A stretch of 64,000 nt of DNA from an uncultured Chloroflexia bacterium (GCA_963775855.1 CAVZKO010000007.1:15939-79938); one strand, 5' to 3'. Positions 11,109 through 20,887 are shown, numbered from the stretch's first letter. Notes: generated from the sequence alone by a model not told the origin. Made by a program: numbers and translations.

Positions 11109-11522
11109 ATGAAAAACCCGCCCATCCTCATTTCGGTCATCGGATTCTTCGGGGCCCTGGCCGGCTTCTACTGGCTGTATCTCGGCCTTCGACTCCTCGG
11201 CTTCGACTGGTTCGGGGTCCTGGGGGATCTGCCGGCCTTCGAGCAGTCGGGGCTGTGGGGCTGGTTGGCAATCGGCGCCGGGATCGCCTGGCTCGCGGCC
11301 TCTTTCGGTCTCTGGTCGCTCCAGCCCTGGGCTTGGACGTTCGCGGTGGTCGTCGCCGGTTTCGCGCTGTTCGAGGCATTCCTGTGGTTCCTCGAATACC
11401 CGGGCACCGGGGTGGGCTTCAGCGCCTCGATCATGCCGCTGATCATCCTCCTGTACCTCAATGGGCGCGAGGTGCGGTCGGCGTTCGGCAAGGTCGACAC
11501 CACGGCCCCTCCCGTCGTCTGA
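11109..11522 (+). CDS. Small 4-TM hypothetical membrane protein
   Basis: AGGAGG RBS; PP...I..I start; GLWSLQPWAW and LYLNGREVRSAFG motifs. Confidence 0.75.
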   Translation: MKNPPILISVIGFFGALAGFYWLYLGLRLLGFDWFGVLGDLPAFEQSGLWGWLAIGAGIAWLAASFGLWSLQPWAWTFAVVVAGFALFEAFLWFLEYPGTGVGFSASIMPLIILLYLNGREVRSAFGKVDTTAPPVV

Positions 11523-11611
11523 CGGCCCGCGCACGACGACCTGGGGATGTCGCGGGTTCGGGCCTGAGAGATCGGCTCGATCGCCCGATCAGGCCAGCCC
11601 GCCGTCCAGCC

Positions 11612-11730
11612 TCAGGTCGTCGCCGTCGAGATTGGCCGGACTCGATCGCCGCCCGACGGACGCATGGTCGCAGTCGTTCACGTCGGCGTAGATCTCTCCG
11701 AAGTCGGCGATCGCGCTATCGAAGGTCACC
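11612..11730 (-). pseudogene. Degenerate C-terminal remnant of a DUF2252 family gene
   Basis: Reverse strand reads TFDSAIADFGEIYADVNDCDHA..AAIESG, like the DUF2252 terminus FDxAIAxFAxxYADQNxxDHxALxxAxxSG. Confidence 0.55.
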
Positions 11731-11783
11731 CGATCGGCTCACGACTAGGTCGGTGAAGATATACCAACGGAGGGATCCGAACG

Positions 11784-12077
11784 ATGGGCTGCCTGCTGGT
11801 CCTATTGGCATTCGTTTCGCCGCGCGCCGTCGTGTTTCTGTACTGGCTGGCTCGGCCGCTCCAGTTCGATGCCGCATTCCCCAGCGGGCCGATCCTGCCC
11901 ATACTCGGCTTCGTCTTCCTCCCATTCACGACACTCATCTACGTCCTCGTCCAGACACCGGGCGTTGGCCTCGTCGGAGCGGACTGGCTCTGGGTGGGTC
12001 TCGCGTTCGCGGCCGACATCGCACACACCGGGTCCGTCGCGACCGACAACAGGGCGACCGCCTACTGGCGTGATTGA
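11784..12077 (+). CDS. Small hypothetical membrane protein
   Basis: GGAGG RBS; MGCLLVLLAFVSPR...LGFVFLPFTTLIY conserved-hypothetical pattern; about 3 TM. Confidence 0.75.
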   Translation: MGCLLVLLAFVSPRAVVFLYWLARPLQFDAAFPSGPILPILGFVFLPFTTLIYVLVQTPGVGLVGADWLWVGLAFAADIAHTGSVATDNRATAYWRD

Positions 12078-12285
12078 GCGCGGCCAAGGTCGAGGGGATC
12101 CCGGTTGCGTCGCCAGGCCCCGGTCGCGGTCCACCGGCAGCCCTTGAGGACTGATCCACGCTATTGCTACTTTCACCCGCTTCGCATGACGCGGGTGCGT
12201 CGAGGGCACAGCAATATCGTCACGCGAAGCCGCAACTGACGACGCCCAGGCCAATATGGCCAGCCTGCACTAGGAGGGAACCCCA

Positions 12286-12753
12286 GTGACCACCATCGCC
12301 TCGCCCAGACGGCTCATCGGACGGCCCATCCCGCTGTTGCTCGCCGGCCTGATCGTCGTGCTGGCCGGGTGTAGCCAGGTCGGCACGGCGACCTTCACGT
12401 TCTGGGATGCGATCTGGTCGATGGTCGCGTTCTTCTTCTGGTTCGCGTTCATCTGGATCTTCATCGGCCTGTTCGCCGACATCTTCCGGCGCAATGACCT
12501 CTCCGGCGTCGCGAAGGCCGGCTGGCTGCTCGTGCTCGTCGTGCTGCCATTCCTCGGATCGCTGATCTACATCGCGATGCGTCCCAAGGTCACCGCCCAG
12601 GATGTCGAGCTCATGACCCGCGCCGAGGCCGGCCAGAAGGCGGCTGCCTCCGTGTCGGTCGCGGATCAGATCGCCAAGCTCCAGGAGCTCAAGGCGGCAG
12701 GCGCGATCACCGACGCCGAGTTCGAAGACCTCAAGCAGAAGGCGATGGGCTAA
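12286..12753 (+). CDS. PLDc_N + SHOCT domain membrane protein
   Basis: FADIFRRNDLSGVAKAGWLLVLVVLPFLGSLIY (PLDc_N) and ADQIAKLQELKAAGAITDAEFEDLKQK (SHOCT); AGGAGG RBS. Confidence 0.85.
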   Translation: MTTIASPRRLIGRPIPLLLAGLIVVLAGCSQVGTATFTFWDAIWSMVAFFFWFAFIWIFIGLFADIFRRNDLSGVAKAGWLLVLVVLPFLGSLIYIAMRPKVTAQDVELMTRAEAGQKAAASVSVADQIAKLQELKAAGAITDAEFEDLKQKAMG

Positions 12754-13086
12754 GTCGGACCGGGAGACCCTTCGGGTGGCGCCGTATCGTCGCCGAACTC
12801 TGGTTCACCCGAGTGGGTCGCGAATATCCTTGAGTTCTCCACCAAGTGGCTACCCACGGAGGGCTTCCTGGTCGCCGCCGAGACGAAGGCCTGCCTCACG
12901 GAACGAGGAATGGACCTCTCCGGGCAGCAACAGACCAAGACACGCGCGGCCCTCAATCACTTCTCGAAGCTGCAGCAGACAGTCCCCGCATGACCGAGGC
13001 GGCAGCCACCGATCGGCGGCTCCCGCGTCTCCTCGCGGCGGCGATGTCCGTCCTGCCCGGCTACTCGAGCGCGACGGAGGCACCGA

Positions 13087-13527
13087 GTGACTGACGGCGA
13101 GGAACTCGAGCGGCGGCCCGTCCCGTTCGGCATCTGGGCGGTCGCAATTCTCGTGACCCTTCTCTGGATCATCGTCCTACTCGATGCCACCGGGATCCGG
13201 CCATCCAACAGCAACACGATCCTTGCCGACGCCGTCGGAACGAGCCCGGCGCTCAACTGGATCGCCGGCGGGATCGCAATCGTCGGGATCGTCGGCGCCG
13301 TCGCCCTGATCCGGCTGAAGCCGATCGGATTCGTGATCACGGTCGTGCTTGCCGGTATCGGCCTGCTCAACACGCTCGCGTCGGGGCTCGTCGGCAAGGG
13401 CGATGACCTCCGGCTGGTAATCGTCGTTCTCGCCGTCCTGTACCTGAACCAACCGGCGGTACGTGCGGTCTTCGGCCGGGCAGACGACCCGGATCGCACG
13501 GTCCCCCGCGGAGCGGAGGGCGAGTGA
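13087..13527 (+). CDS. Small 4-TM membrane protein, likely paralog of the 11109 protein
   Basis: RRPVPFGIWAVAIL start; VLYLNQPAVRAVFG end motif; GTGA overlap with next gene. Confidence 0.75.
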   Translation: MTDGEELERRPVPFGIWAVAILVTLLWIIVLLDATGIRPSNSNTILADAVGTSPALNWIAGGIAIVGIVGAVALIRLKPIGFVITVVLAGIGLLNTLASGLVGKGDDLRLVIVVLAVLYLNQPAVRAVFGRADDPDRTVPRGAEGE

Positions 13528-15330
13528 CGACCGATCTCGAGCTGCTGCGAACGTACGAGCCGATCATCCGGTATACGGACGGCGAGTTGTTCTTTCCGTC
13601 TGCCGTGGAGCCATATCTCGCGGCATGCGATCTCCTGGTCGGATCGCAGGAAGGAAGCGCACGCCTCCTCGTAACGCACGGTGAGCTCGATGCGGCGACC
13701 CTGGCCTCCCAATCGGCGCCGCACGGCGAGACGCTCTACTTGCGACTCGTCCAGCACCCGCTTGGCGGGTTGGCGCTCGCACAATGGCAGCGGCGGCCCG
13801 ATCGTCCGGTCTTCCGGGCGCCCGGGCGACTGGCTCGGGTGGGTCTGTTCGCCCGGCTTCTCGACGCCGGGTTCAACGCCTCGTTGTTACTCCGAGGCAC
13901 TGTCCCCGGCGGAACCGCCGCGGCGGCCTCCGTGAAGTACGAAGCGGCTCGAGCTCAGGATTCGCGATACGTCTACCACGGCCGGGTCGTCCGACGAGGT
14001 GGCTGGATCGTTCTGCACTACCTCTACTTCTACTTCATGAATGACTGGCGCTCGACGTTCGCCGGAGCGAATGACCACGAGGCGGACCTTGAGCAGGCCT
14101 TTGTCGTCCTCGCTGACGCCCCGGATGGACCGCGACCGGTTTGGTTCGGCTGCGCTGCTCATGACTACAGCGGCGACGAGCTCCGCAGGCGTTGGGACGA
14201 TCCGTACATCAGCCTTGTCGGGGACCATCCGGTGATCCACGCGGGTGCTGGATCACATGCCGCCTACTTCGAGGCCGGTGAGTACATCACGACAGTGCCG
14301 GTCCCGGCGTTCCGCGGCATCTCGAGCTTCTTCGATGTCGTCCGACACATCTGGCGTGACATGCTGCGTCAGGGCGACCCCGGCGATCTGGGCGGTCGTG
14401 TCGCCGCCGCGCTGAGCATCCCATTCATCGACTACGCCCGCGGCGATGGTCTGGCCATCGGACCTGGACAGGCGGCCGAGTGGTCGGTTGTGCAGGTCGA
14501 TGACTCGGTCCCCTGGGTCGACGGTTATCGCGGCCTATGGGGCCTCGACACGCGCGACCGATTTGCCGGCGAGCGCGCCCCAGCCGGACTCAAGTACACC
14601 CGGACCGGCTCGGTTCGCCCATCCTGGAACGACCCGATCGGGTTCCTCGGGCTCGACAAGGTAGCGCCACCGCATCGGGAAGTCGAGGCGATCGATGCTC
14701 GGCTCCTCGAACTCAAGGCCGAAGGCGTCAAGCTCGACGCCGACATCGCCTCCGCGGCCGAAGGGCTGACCGGCCTGCAACAGGAGGTCGTGGCGCTTGC
14801 CCTTGACGGCTCACTAAAGAAGGCCCATGAAAGCCGGGATGCGGAGCTGGTCCAACGGGAGGCCGACCTTTCTCGCCTGCGCGCCCGCCGACCTGAGATC
14901 GATGCTGAGACGCAGGCCCTCACAAAACGCCGCGCGGATGTCGAGGCCGATGTGCCGACGGACCCACGCGCGCATCTCCACCACGATCACCACCCCGAGA
15001 CAACCGGGGACCACGCACTACGGACGGCTCGTCGAGTTCTGGTCGGCGATCAGCGTCGGCGTCGGCCTGATCGCACTCGTGGCCCTGATCGCGTTCACGG
15101 CCGTACCCGCTTGGCTGAGCATCGCGATCGCCCTGCTCGGCTACCTGTTCCTCGAGGCGGCCTTCCGGCGAAGCTTGATCGAACTGTTCCTTCGCCTGAG
15201 TCTGGTCATGGCCATCATCGGGGCCATCACCCTGGTCGTGGGTTATGCGATCGAGCTCGTCTTCCTGGGGATCCTCGTGGTCGCAGTTCTGACCCTCATC
15301 GACAACGTTCGGGAGATCCGGACGAGCTGA
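13524..15330 (+). CDS. Vps62/NPP1-like domain + coiled coil + C-terminal 4-TM protein; frameshift near 15005
   Basis: ELLRTYEPIIRYTDGELFFP, YLYFYFMNDW...NDHEADLE, AAHD, HPVIHAGAGSHAAY motifs; TM segment continues in the 14827..15330 frame. Confidence 0.7.
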
Positions 15331-15395
15331 ATCCGAGCACGCCCAACATTGCGCTCACGAGGCCGCGGTCGGCGACGCTGCGGCTGACCCGCGGT

Positions 15396-15896
15396 TCAAA
15401 GGTGAAGCAGGAACTCGACGGCGACGATGCCCAATCCGATCGAAGCGGTCAGGATCGTCGAGCTGACTTGGCCCCTCAGGTTCACACCGGCCACCCGCGC
15501 CGCCATCCATCCGGCTCCGGCGAGGACGGCAATTCCGGCGCCGTTCGAGATCACCATCGCCGCTCCGGACGACCAAAACCCAAGCGACGCGCCACCGAAC
15601 AGGATTACCGAGGGGATCGCGGCGAGCACGATCGTCCAATGGTGTCGCAGGGCAAGGTCGATCTGACCGGCGGATGCCTGCCGACCCAGAGCCGCACGGT
15701 GACCGAGGAACGTTGCGTACGCGTGCGCAACCCATGTAGCCAGAGCCCCCGCGAGGATGATCGCCCCGGCACCCGTAGGGCTCGCGCCACCGGCTACCTC
15801 TATGCCCGCGATCGCGATCAGCACCGCAAGCGTCCCGTAGACGAGCTCGCTTATCCAAGCAGCGCGCTCCATCGGGTCTTCCGGGTGAGACAGCAC
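15396..15896 (-). CDS. Hypothetical membrane protein (VIT1/CCC1-like topology)
   Basis: ELVYGTLAVL...WVAHAYA...GLGIVAVEFLLH; about 5 TM. Confidence 0.65.
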   Translation of the reverse strand: MLSHPEDPMERAAWISELVYGTLAVLIAIAGIEVAGGASPTGAGAIILAGALATWVAHAYATFLGHRAALGRQASAGQIDLALRHHWTIVLAAIPSVILFGGASLGFWSSGAAMVISNGAGIAVLAGAGWMAARVAGVNLRGQVSSTILTASIGLGIVAVEFLLHL

Positions 15897-15997
15897 GCCG
15901 CGTATTCTCCATCACGCGACCGGGTCCGGGTGGAGCGGGCCCCATGCACGACATCCACATGTTCAATTCCTCGCATGCGCTCGATGGGAGGTCGCCC

Positions 15998-16852
15998 GTG
16001 CCACGCCTGCAAGCCAAGAGCTTCGATACCCCTGACGAAACTCGGAGCCTGCCTAAGGCGACGGCGGACGTAGTCAACGTCGGCGAAGTCGCTGTCGGGT
16101 ACGCAGTCTGGCAGCCAGGTTGGCGTTGGTCCTCCGATCTTGGCCCGATTGCGGGCACGGACTGGTGTGAGAACCATCACCTCGGGTATGCACTATCCGG
16201 CACGCTGGACGTGCTGACTGAGAATGGTGATCGGCTCCAGATCCACGGCCGGTCCGTCTACGAAATCCCGCCGCGCCACGACGCGTGGGTGGTTGGCGAT
16301 GAGCCCTTCGTGACCGTCGAGTGGACGAGTTCCCGAGTCGTCGGTGTAGCAAGCGAGGGTCCGGGCTCACGCGTACTTGCAACGGTGCTCTTTTCCGACA
16401 TCGTCAACTCGACCGCAACCCTCGAACGGCTCGGTGATGTCGCGTGGCGCGAGTTATTGCTAAGCCATAACGCCAGGATCCGGGAGGTCATCAATGCCTT
16501 TCGTGGCCGCGAGATTTCGACCACCGGCGATGGCTTTCTCGTGGTCTTCGACGGAGCGACGAACGCCGTCCGCTGCGGCGCCGCAATGGTTCGGGCGGCT
16601 GAAGCGCTCGGGATCCAGATCCGAGTAGGCATCCACACGGGCGAGGTCGAGTTCATCGCCGACAATGTCCGAGGCGTAGCCGTTCATGCCGCCGCGCGGG
16701 TCCTGTCAGTCGCAGGCCCGAGCGAGGTCGTGGTCTCGGATACGACGAATGGCCTCCTCGAAGGGTCTGGACTCTCGTTCGAGGACGCCGGACTCCATTC
16801 CCTGAAAGGATTGTCCGGTCAGCGCCAATTGTTCAGGTTGACCAAGACCTAG
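15998..16852 (+). CDS. Cupin domain fused to class III adenylate/guanylate cyclase
   Basis: Cupin WQPGWRWS..CENHHLGY..PPRHDAWVVGDEP; cyclase LFSDIVNST, TGDGF, IRVGIHTG, AVHAAARV, LKG; GGAGG RBS. Confidence 0.9.
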   Translation: MPRLQAKSFDTPDETRSLPKATADVVNVGEVAVGYAVWQPGWRWSSDLGPIAGTDWCENHHLGYALSGTLDVLTENGDRLQIHGRSVYEIPPRHDAWVVGDEPFVTVEWTSSRVVGVASEGPGSRVLATVLFSDIVNSTATLERLGDVAWRELLLSHNARIREVINAFRGREISTTGDGFLVVFDGATNAVRCGAAMVRAAEALGIQIRVGIHTGEVEFIADNVRGVAVHAAARVLSVAGPSEVVVSDTTNGLLEGSGLSFEDAGLHSLKGLSGQRQLFRLTKT

Positions 16853-16889
16853 TACGACGCACTCGTGGCTGATCGCCTTGTAGCCGGAA

Positions 16890-17294
16890 CTACGGAAGCG
16901 CCGCGGGATCGGCGACGGAGCTTGTAGCCCGGACGATCAGCGTCCCGGACATCCCATCGTGGATCGTGCAGACGAACGGATACGTGCCAGGGGCGAGCGG
17001 GGAGAACAGGAGCTCATCCGAGGTCCCGGGTTCGACGATCGTTCGCGTAGCGGCAGTCACCCCCGCGGTGAAGACCAGGTTATGCGGCAGGTTCGACGCG
17101 TTTCGGAAGGTGATCGCGATCGGACGGGCGGCGTGGACGACGGTCTCGGCCGGGTCGAAGGCCGTGGCATTACCGGCGGCGGTGGTGATCGTCACATCAA
17201 CGGACCTCGCGGGGCTGGCGGTCACGCCCGGAGCGGTAGCGATGCAGCCGGCGACGAGCGGCGTCAGTAGGCCGCCGACGAGGAGCCACGCCAC
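16890..17294 (-). CDS. Secreted/lipoprotein cupredoxin (plastocyanin/azurin-like)
   Basis: Lipobox LVAGC; type-1 Cu ligands PHN ... CTIH..M. Confidence 0.85.
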   Translation of the reverse strand: MAWLLVGGLLTPLVAGCIATAPGVTASPARSVDVTITTAAGNATAFDPAETVVHAARPIAITFRNASNLPHNLVFTAGVTAATRTIVEPGTSDELLFSPLAPGTYPFVCTIHDGMSGTLIVRATSSVADPAALP

Positions 17295-17302
17295 GTAGCC
17301 GG

Positions 17303-17728
17303 CTAGCGGATGTCCACGCACGCCGTGTATGTCTTCAGATCGTCGTTCGAGTGGTGAATATTGACGGCCAGGCCCCCGGCGAACAGCTCGTCGATGGATG
17401 CCGGAACCACGGTCTTCGAGCTGCCGTTCTGGACGTTCTCCAGCGGGAACTTCGGCTGCGGTGTCAGGCTCGAGCACGACCCGGGATGGATATGGGCCGG
17501 CATGTCCAGGTTGCCGTGTGGATCAACGGCGATCTCGACCGCTGTCTTGTCGCGGAGCGCGGCGAACGTAACGGTTCCCGTAACGCCGGACGCATTCAGC
17601 GTCTGCAACGTGATCGTTCGCGGAGGGTCAGCGGCGGCCTGGCATGCCGTCAGGGCGATCACGGCGCTGGCCAGGAGGAGGAAGAACCCGCGCCGCCGGT
17701 TCGTGGCGCTTCGGATCATGGTGGGCAT
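17303..17728 (-). CDS. CHRD / Cu-Zn-SOD-like domain lipoprotein
   Basis: Signal with LTAC lipobox; SGVTGTVTF, PAHIHPGSC, AVNIH, ACVDI motifs. Confidence 0.75.
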   Translation of the reverse strand: MPTMIRSATNRRRGFFLLLASAVIALTACQAAADPPRTITLQTLNASGVTGTVTFAALRDKTAVEIAVDPHGNLDMPAHIHPGSCSSLTPQPKFPLENVQNGSSKTVVPASIDELFAGGLAVNIHHSNDDLKTYTACVDIR

Positions 17729-17759
17729 GTGTGAACCTCGTTGGTCGTGGGCTGGGTGG

Positions 17760-20288
17760 TCAGTGGATAGCATTTGGTTGGCCGTTCCGGCCGGCCCGCG
17801 GAGGCGCCGGTCGTTTCGGGGCCGATGGTCGAGGCGAGGGGTTCAGCGACGGACCCGTCATCGCGCTGCCGGCAAGCAGCTCGCCCAGGTCGTCGGGAGC
17901 CATCGGGCGGGCGAACAGGTAGCCCTGGCCCTGCTGGGCGCCGAGCTCGCGGAGCACGTCGCGTTGTTCCGATTCTTCGATGCCCTCCGCCACCGTCTCG
18001 AGCCTCAGGGTCGAGCTGAGGTTGAGGATGGAGCGGACGAGCGCCATCGAGTCCGTGCTGCCATCGAGGCTTGAGATGAAGGACCGGTCGATCTTGAGGA
18101 TGTCGATCGGGAACTGGCGCAGATAGCTCAGTGACGAGTAACCGGTGCCGAAGTCGTCGATCGCGAGTCGAACGCCGAGTGCCTTGAGGGCCTGCAGGGT
18201 ACCCACGGTCGCTTCGACGTCCTGGACCAGCACGCTCTCGGTCATCTCAAGGGTCAGGGTGGGCGGGGCGAGCCCGGACTCGGCCAGGATTCGGCCAACG
18301 TCCGCGGCAAGATCCGGGTCTACGATCTGGCGCCCGGACAGGTTGACGCTGATCGACAACGTCTCGCGCCCGGTCGCCTCCTGCCACGCGCGTGCCTGCC
18401 GGCATGCCGACTCGAGGATCCAGCGACCGAGCTCGAGGATGAGCCCGTTCTCCTCGGCCAGCGGGATGAAGTCCGTCGGCGCGACCGCCCCGTGCTTGGG
18501 ATGGTTCCAGCGCATGAGCGCCTCCGCTCCGGTGATCGCAGCGGACGCGAGATCGACGATCGGCTGGTAGGCGACGCGGAGTTCGCCCCGCTCGAGCGCG
18601 CCCTGCAGGTCGGCCTTGAGCTCCATCCGGGCGACGGTCGCGTCGTAGAGCTGCGGCTCATACGTAACGTGGCGATTGCCGCCAGCCGACTTGGCTGCAT
18701 ACATCGCGATGTCGGCGCGGCGCAGCAGCTCGTCGGCATCGGCGCCGTCCGACGACTGAACCGCGATCCCAACGCTCGCCCGGACGACGATCTGCCGGTC
18801 ACCCAGCAAGAACGCGGGGGTCAGGGTGTCGAGGATCCTCGCCGCGGCCTGGTCCGCCTCAGCCGAATCGGTTTCCTCGATGATGATCGCGAATTCGTCA
18901 CCGCCCAGCCGAGCGACCGTGTCCCCGGCTCGGGTGACAGCCTTGAGCCGCCCGCCGACGGCCACGAGCAATCGGTCGCCGGCCGCGTGGCCAAGGCGAT
19001 CGTTGACCGCCTTGAAGTCGTCGAGGTCGAGGAAGATGACCGCCGTAGGTCGGCCTCCGCGGCCTGCCCGAGCCAGCGCGTGACCGAGCCGATCGAGGAA
19101 GAGGAAGCGGTTCTCCAATCCGGTCAACACGTCATGGAAGGCCTGGTGACGGAGCTGTTCTTCGAGGGTTTTGCGCTCGGTGATGTCTCGGTAGTTGACG
19201 ACCACACCGCCAACGGCCGGATCGTCGAGCAGGTTCTTGGCGATCAATTCGAGCGTCCGCCACGAGTCGTCGGCGTGGCGGGCACGGAATTCGACCCTGG
19301 CTTCCGAGCCGCTCACGGCAGCCACGTCGGCCAACCCGCGTTCGACGGTCGAACGATCGTCGGGATGGATATCGGTGCCGATCTGCTGGCCGACCCGTTC
19401 GTCCGCACGGCGGCCCAGGATGCGCTCGACCGCCGGACTCTCGTAGCGGATCAGGCCATCCTCGCCAAGCACGACGACACCGTCGGATGCGTTCTGGACA
19501 AGCGACCGGAAGCGCTCCTCGTTGCGCTGCATGTCGACCAACAGCAGCCGTTCGGTCGCCGCCTGCTCCTGCAGGCGGCGGTTCTGGCCTGCGAGGACGC
19601 GCGAGGCGCCACCGAACGCGAGCCAGATCAGGGCGACCAGCAGGCTTGACGCGACGACCGCGACGATGAACACACCCGATCTCGTGGCGTCGATGCGTTG
19701 CTCGATCAGGCGGGCGTCCTGATAGACGTCGTAGACACCGATCGGATTTCCGTCGACGGCGCCCCGGATCGGGACGAACAGCTCGAGAAAGCGGCCGGAC
19801 ATCGGCGGGAGGCCGTCGACCGGGACGTTGCCGCCGCTCGCATCTCCCCCCGCATACCGAGTGACGCTCTCGCCGCTGTAGGCGCTGGCGAGGAGAGGGC
19901 CGATCGAGAGCCGCCGGCCGCGGAGCTCGGCCAGGCTCGAGTAGGCGATCTGGCCGTCACGTGACCAGATGTTGATCCGGCGGATCTCGCCCGAAAGGAC
20001 CAAACGCTCGAGCTGGGCGTCGATCGCCGGGTCGCGGGCCGCTCCCAGGTCCAGGCTCGTTTCGTGCAGCCCGGGATCGACATAGCCGCGGACGATGGCC
20101 TCGACGCTATGGACTGCCGATTCTGTCGCGCTTCGCCGGAGCTCATCCGCGACGCTGTTCGAGACGACGATGGCCATCCCGACAATCACGGCGACGGCGG
20201 GGGCGACGACGATCGTGCGGAGACCCGGTCGTCGTGGGAAGCCCGCGGCGGATCGAAGAAAGGCCGGGAGAGGGAGGTGAGGTGACAT
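17760..20288 (-). CDS. Membrane sensor PAS-GGDEF-EAL diguanylate cyclase / phosphodiesterase
   Basis: Two TMs flanking an extracellular Cache-like region; PAS (FRSLVQNASD...DITERK); intact GGDEF; EAL and DDFGTGYSSL. Confidence 0.93.
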   Translation of the reverse strand: MSPHLPLPAFLRSAAGFPRRPGLRTIVVAPAVAVIVGMAIVVSNSVADELRRSATESAVHSVEAIVRGYVDPGLHETSLDLGAARDPAIDAQLERLVLSGEIRRINIWSRDGQIAYSSLAELRGRRLSIGPLLASAYSGESVTRYAGGDASGGNVPVDGLPPMSGRFLELFVPIRGAVDGNPIGVYDVYQDARLIEQRIDATRSGVFIVAVVASSLLVALIWLAFGGASRVLAGQNRRLQEQAATERLLLVDMQRNEERFRSLVQNASDGVVVLGEDGLIRYESPAVERILGRRADERVGQQIGTDIHPDDRSTVERGLADVAAVSGSEARVEFRARHADDSWRTLELIAKNLLDDPAVGGVVVNYRDITERKTLEEQLRHQAFHDVLTGLENRFLFLDRLGHALARAGRGGRPTAVIFLDLDDFKAVNDRLGHAAGDRLLVAVGGRLKAVTRAGDTVARLGGDEFAIIIEETDSAEADQAAARILDTLTPAFLLGDRQIVVRASVGIAVQSSDGADADELLRRADIAMYAAKSAGGNRHVTYEPQLYDATVARMELKADLQGALERGELRVAYQPIVDLASAAITGAEALMRWNHPKHGAVAPTDFIPLAEENGLILELGRWILESACRQARAWQEATGRETLSISVNLSGRQIVDPDLAADVGRILAESGLAPPTLTLEMTESVLVQDVEATVGTLQALKALGVRLAIDDFGTGYSSLSYLRQFPIDILKIDRSFISSLDGSTDSMALVRSILNLSSTLRLETVAEGIEESEQRDVLRELGAQQGQGYLFARPMAPDDLGELLAGSAMTGPSLNPSPRPSAPKRPAPPRAGRNGQPNAIH

Positions 20289-20379
20289 ACGGTGACGTGC
20301 ACCGTACAAAGGACCGGCAGGCCGACGCCATGACCGATTCGTACGGGAGAGCCGTCGACCCTCCCGCGTAGGCTCGGGC

Positions 20380-20748
20380 CTAGCCCTCCAGCACCGACAG
20401 GATGTTGCCGGCCGGATCCTTGAACCAGGCGATGGCCGGGCCCTCCCCCCGCATGATCCCGCGCTCATCCTGACCCATTCCGTCGTACCGCTCGAACGCA
20501 ATGCCGGCCTTGGTCAGCCGGTCGACGGCCTGGTCGATGTCGTTGACCGGGAAGTTCAGCACGGTGAACGTGGCGGGCTCGTGGTTGTCCTTCGGGTAGA
20601 TCAGGACGTTGCCGCCGCCGGCGAGGTGGAGCGTCAGCATCCCGTTCTCTTCGGTCACCTCGACGCCGAGCGTCTGACCGAAGAACTCCTTGGACTTGGC
20701 GATGTCGTTCGACGAGAACCCAGAGAACGCGTGGCTGTCCTTGAACAC
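20380..20748 (-). CDS. VOC / glyoxalase-bleomycin resistance family protein
   Basis: [22 protein letters not shown]...LNFPVNDID...[13 protein letters not shown]; GGAGG RBS before GTG. Confidence 0.9.
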   Translation of the reverse strand: MFKDSHAFSGFSSNDIAKSKEFFGQTLGVEVTEENGMLTLHLAGGGNVLIYPKDNHEPATFTVLNFPVNDIDQAVDRLTKAGIAFERYDGMGQDERGIMRGEGPAIAWFKDPAGNILSVLEG

Positions 20749-20807
20749 TTGATTTCCTCCATGAGCGGGCCGCAGGCCGCGGCTCATTCGCCTCTACGTC
20801 CATCAAC

Positions 20808-20837
20808 CTAGACTGCCTGCGGCGGCAAAACTCATCG
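20808..20837 (-). promoter_or_regulatory. Putative ECF56/SigG-type promoter of the VOC gene
   Basis: Minus strand CGATGAGTTTT-N13-GTCTAG; same spacing as the copies at 24166 and 29317. Confidence 0.75.
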
Positions 20838-20887
20838 CACCTCCGGGTCGCGAGATGGACCTCGTCAGTCGTGAGACAGTCCCCGTC

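Noticed and set aside
13524-16073. 849-aa ORF as a single protein
   Set aside because: After ~15005 the translation is Arg-rich nonsense; the real TM C-terminus is in another frame ending at 15330
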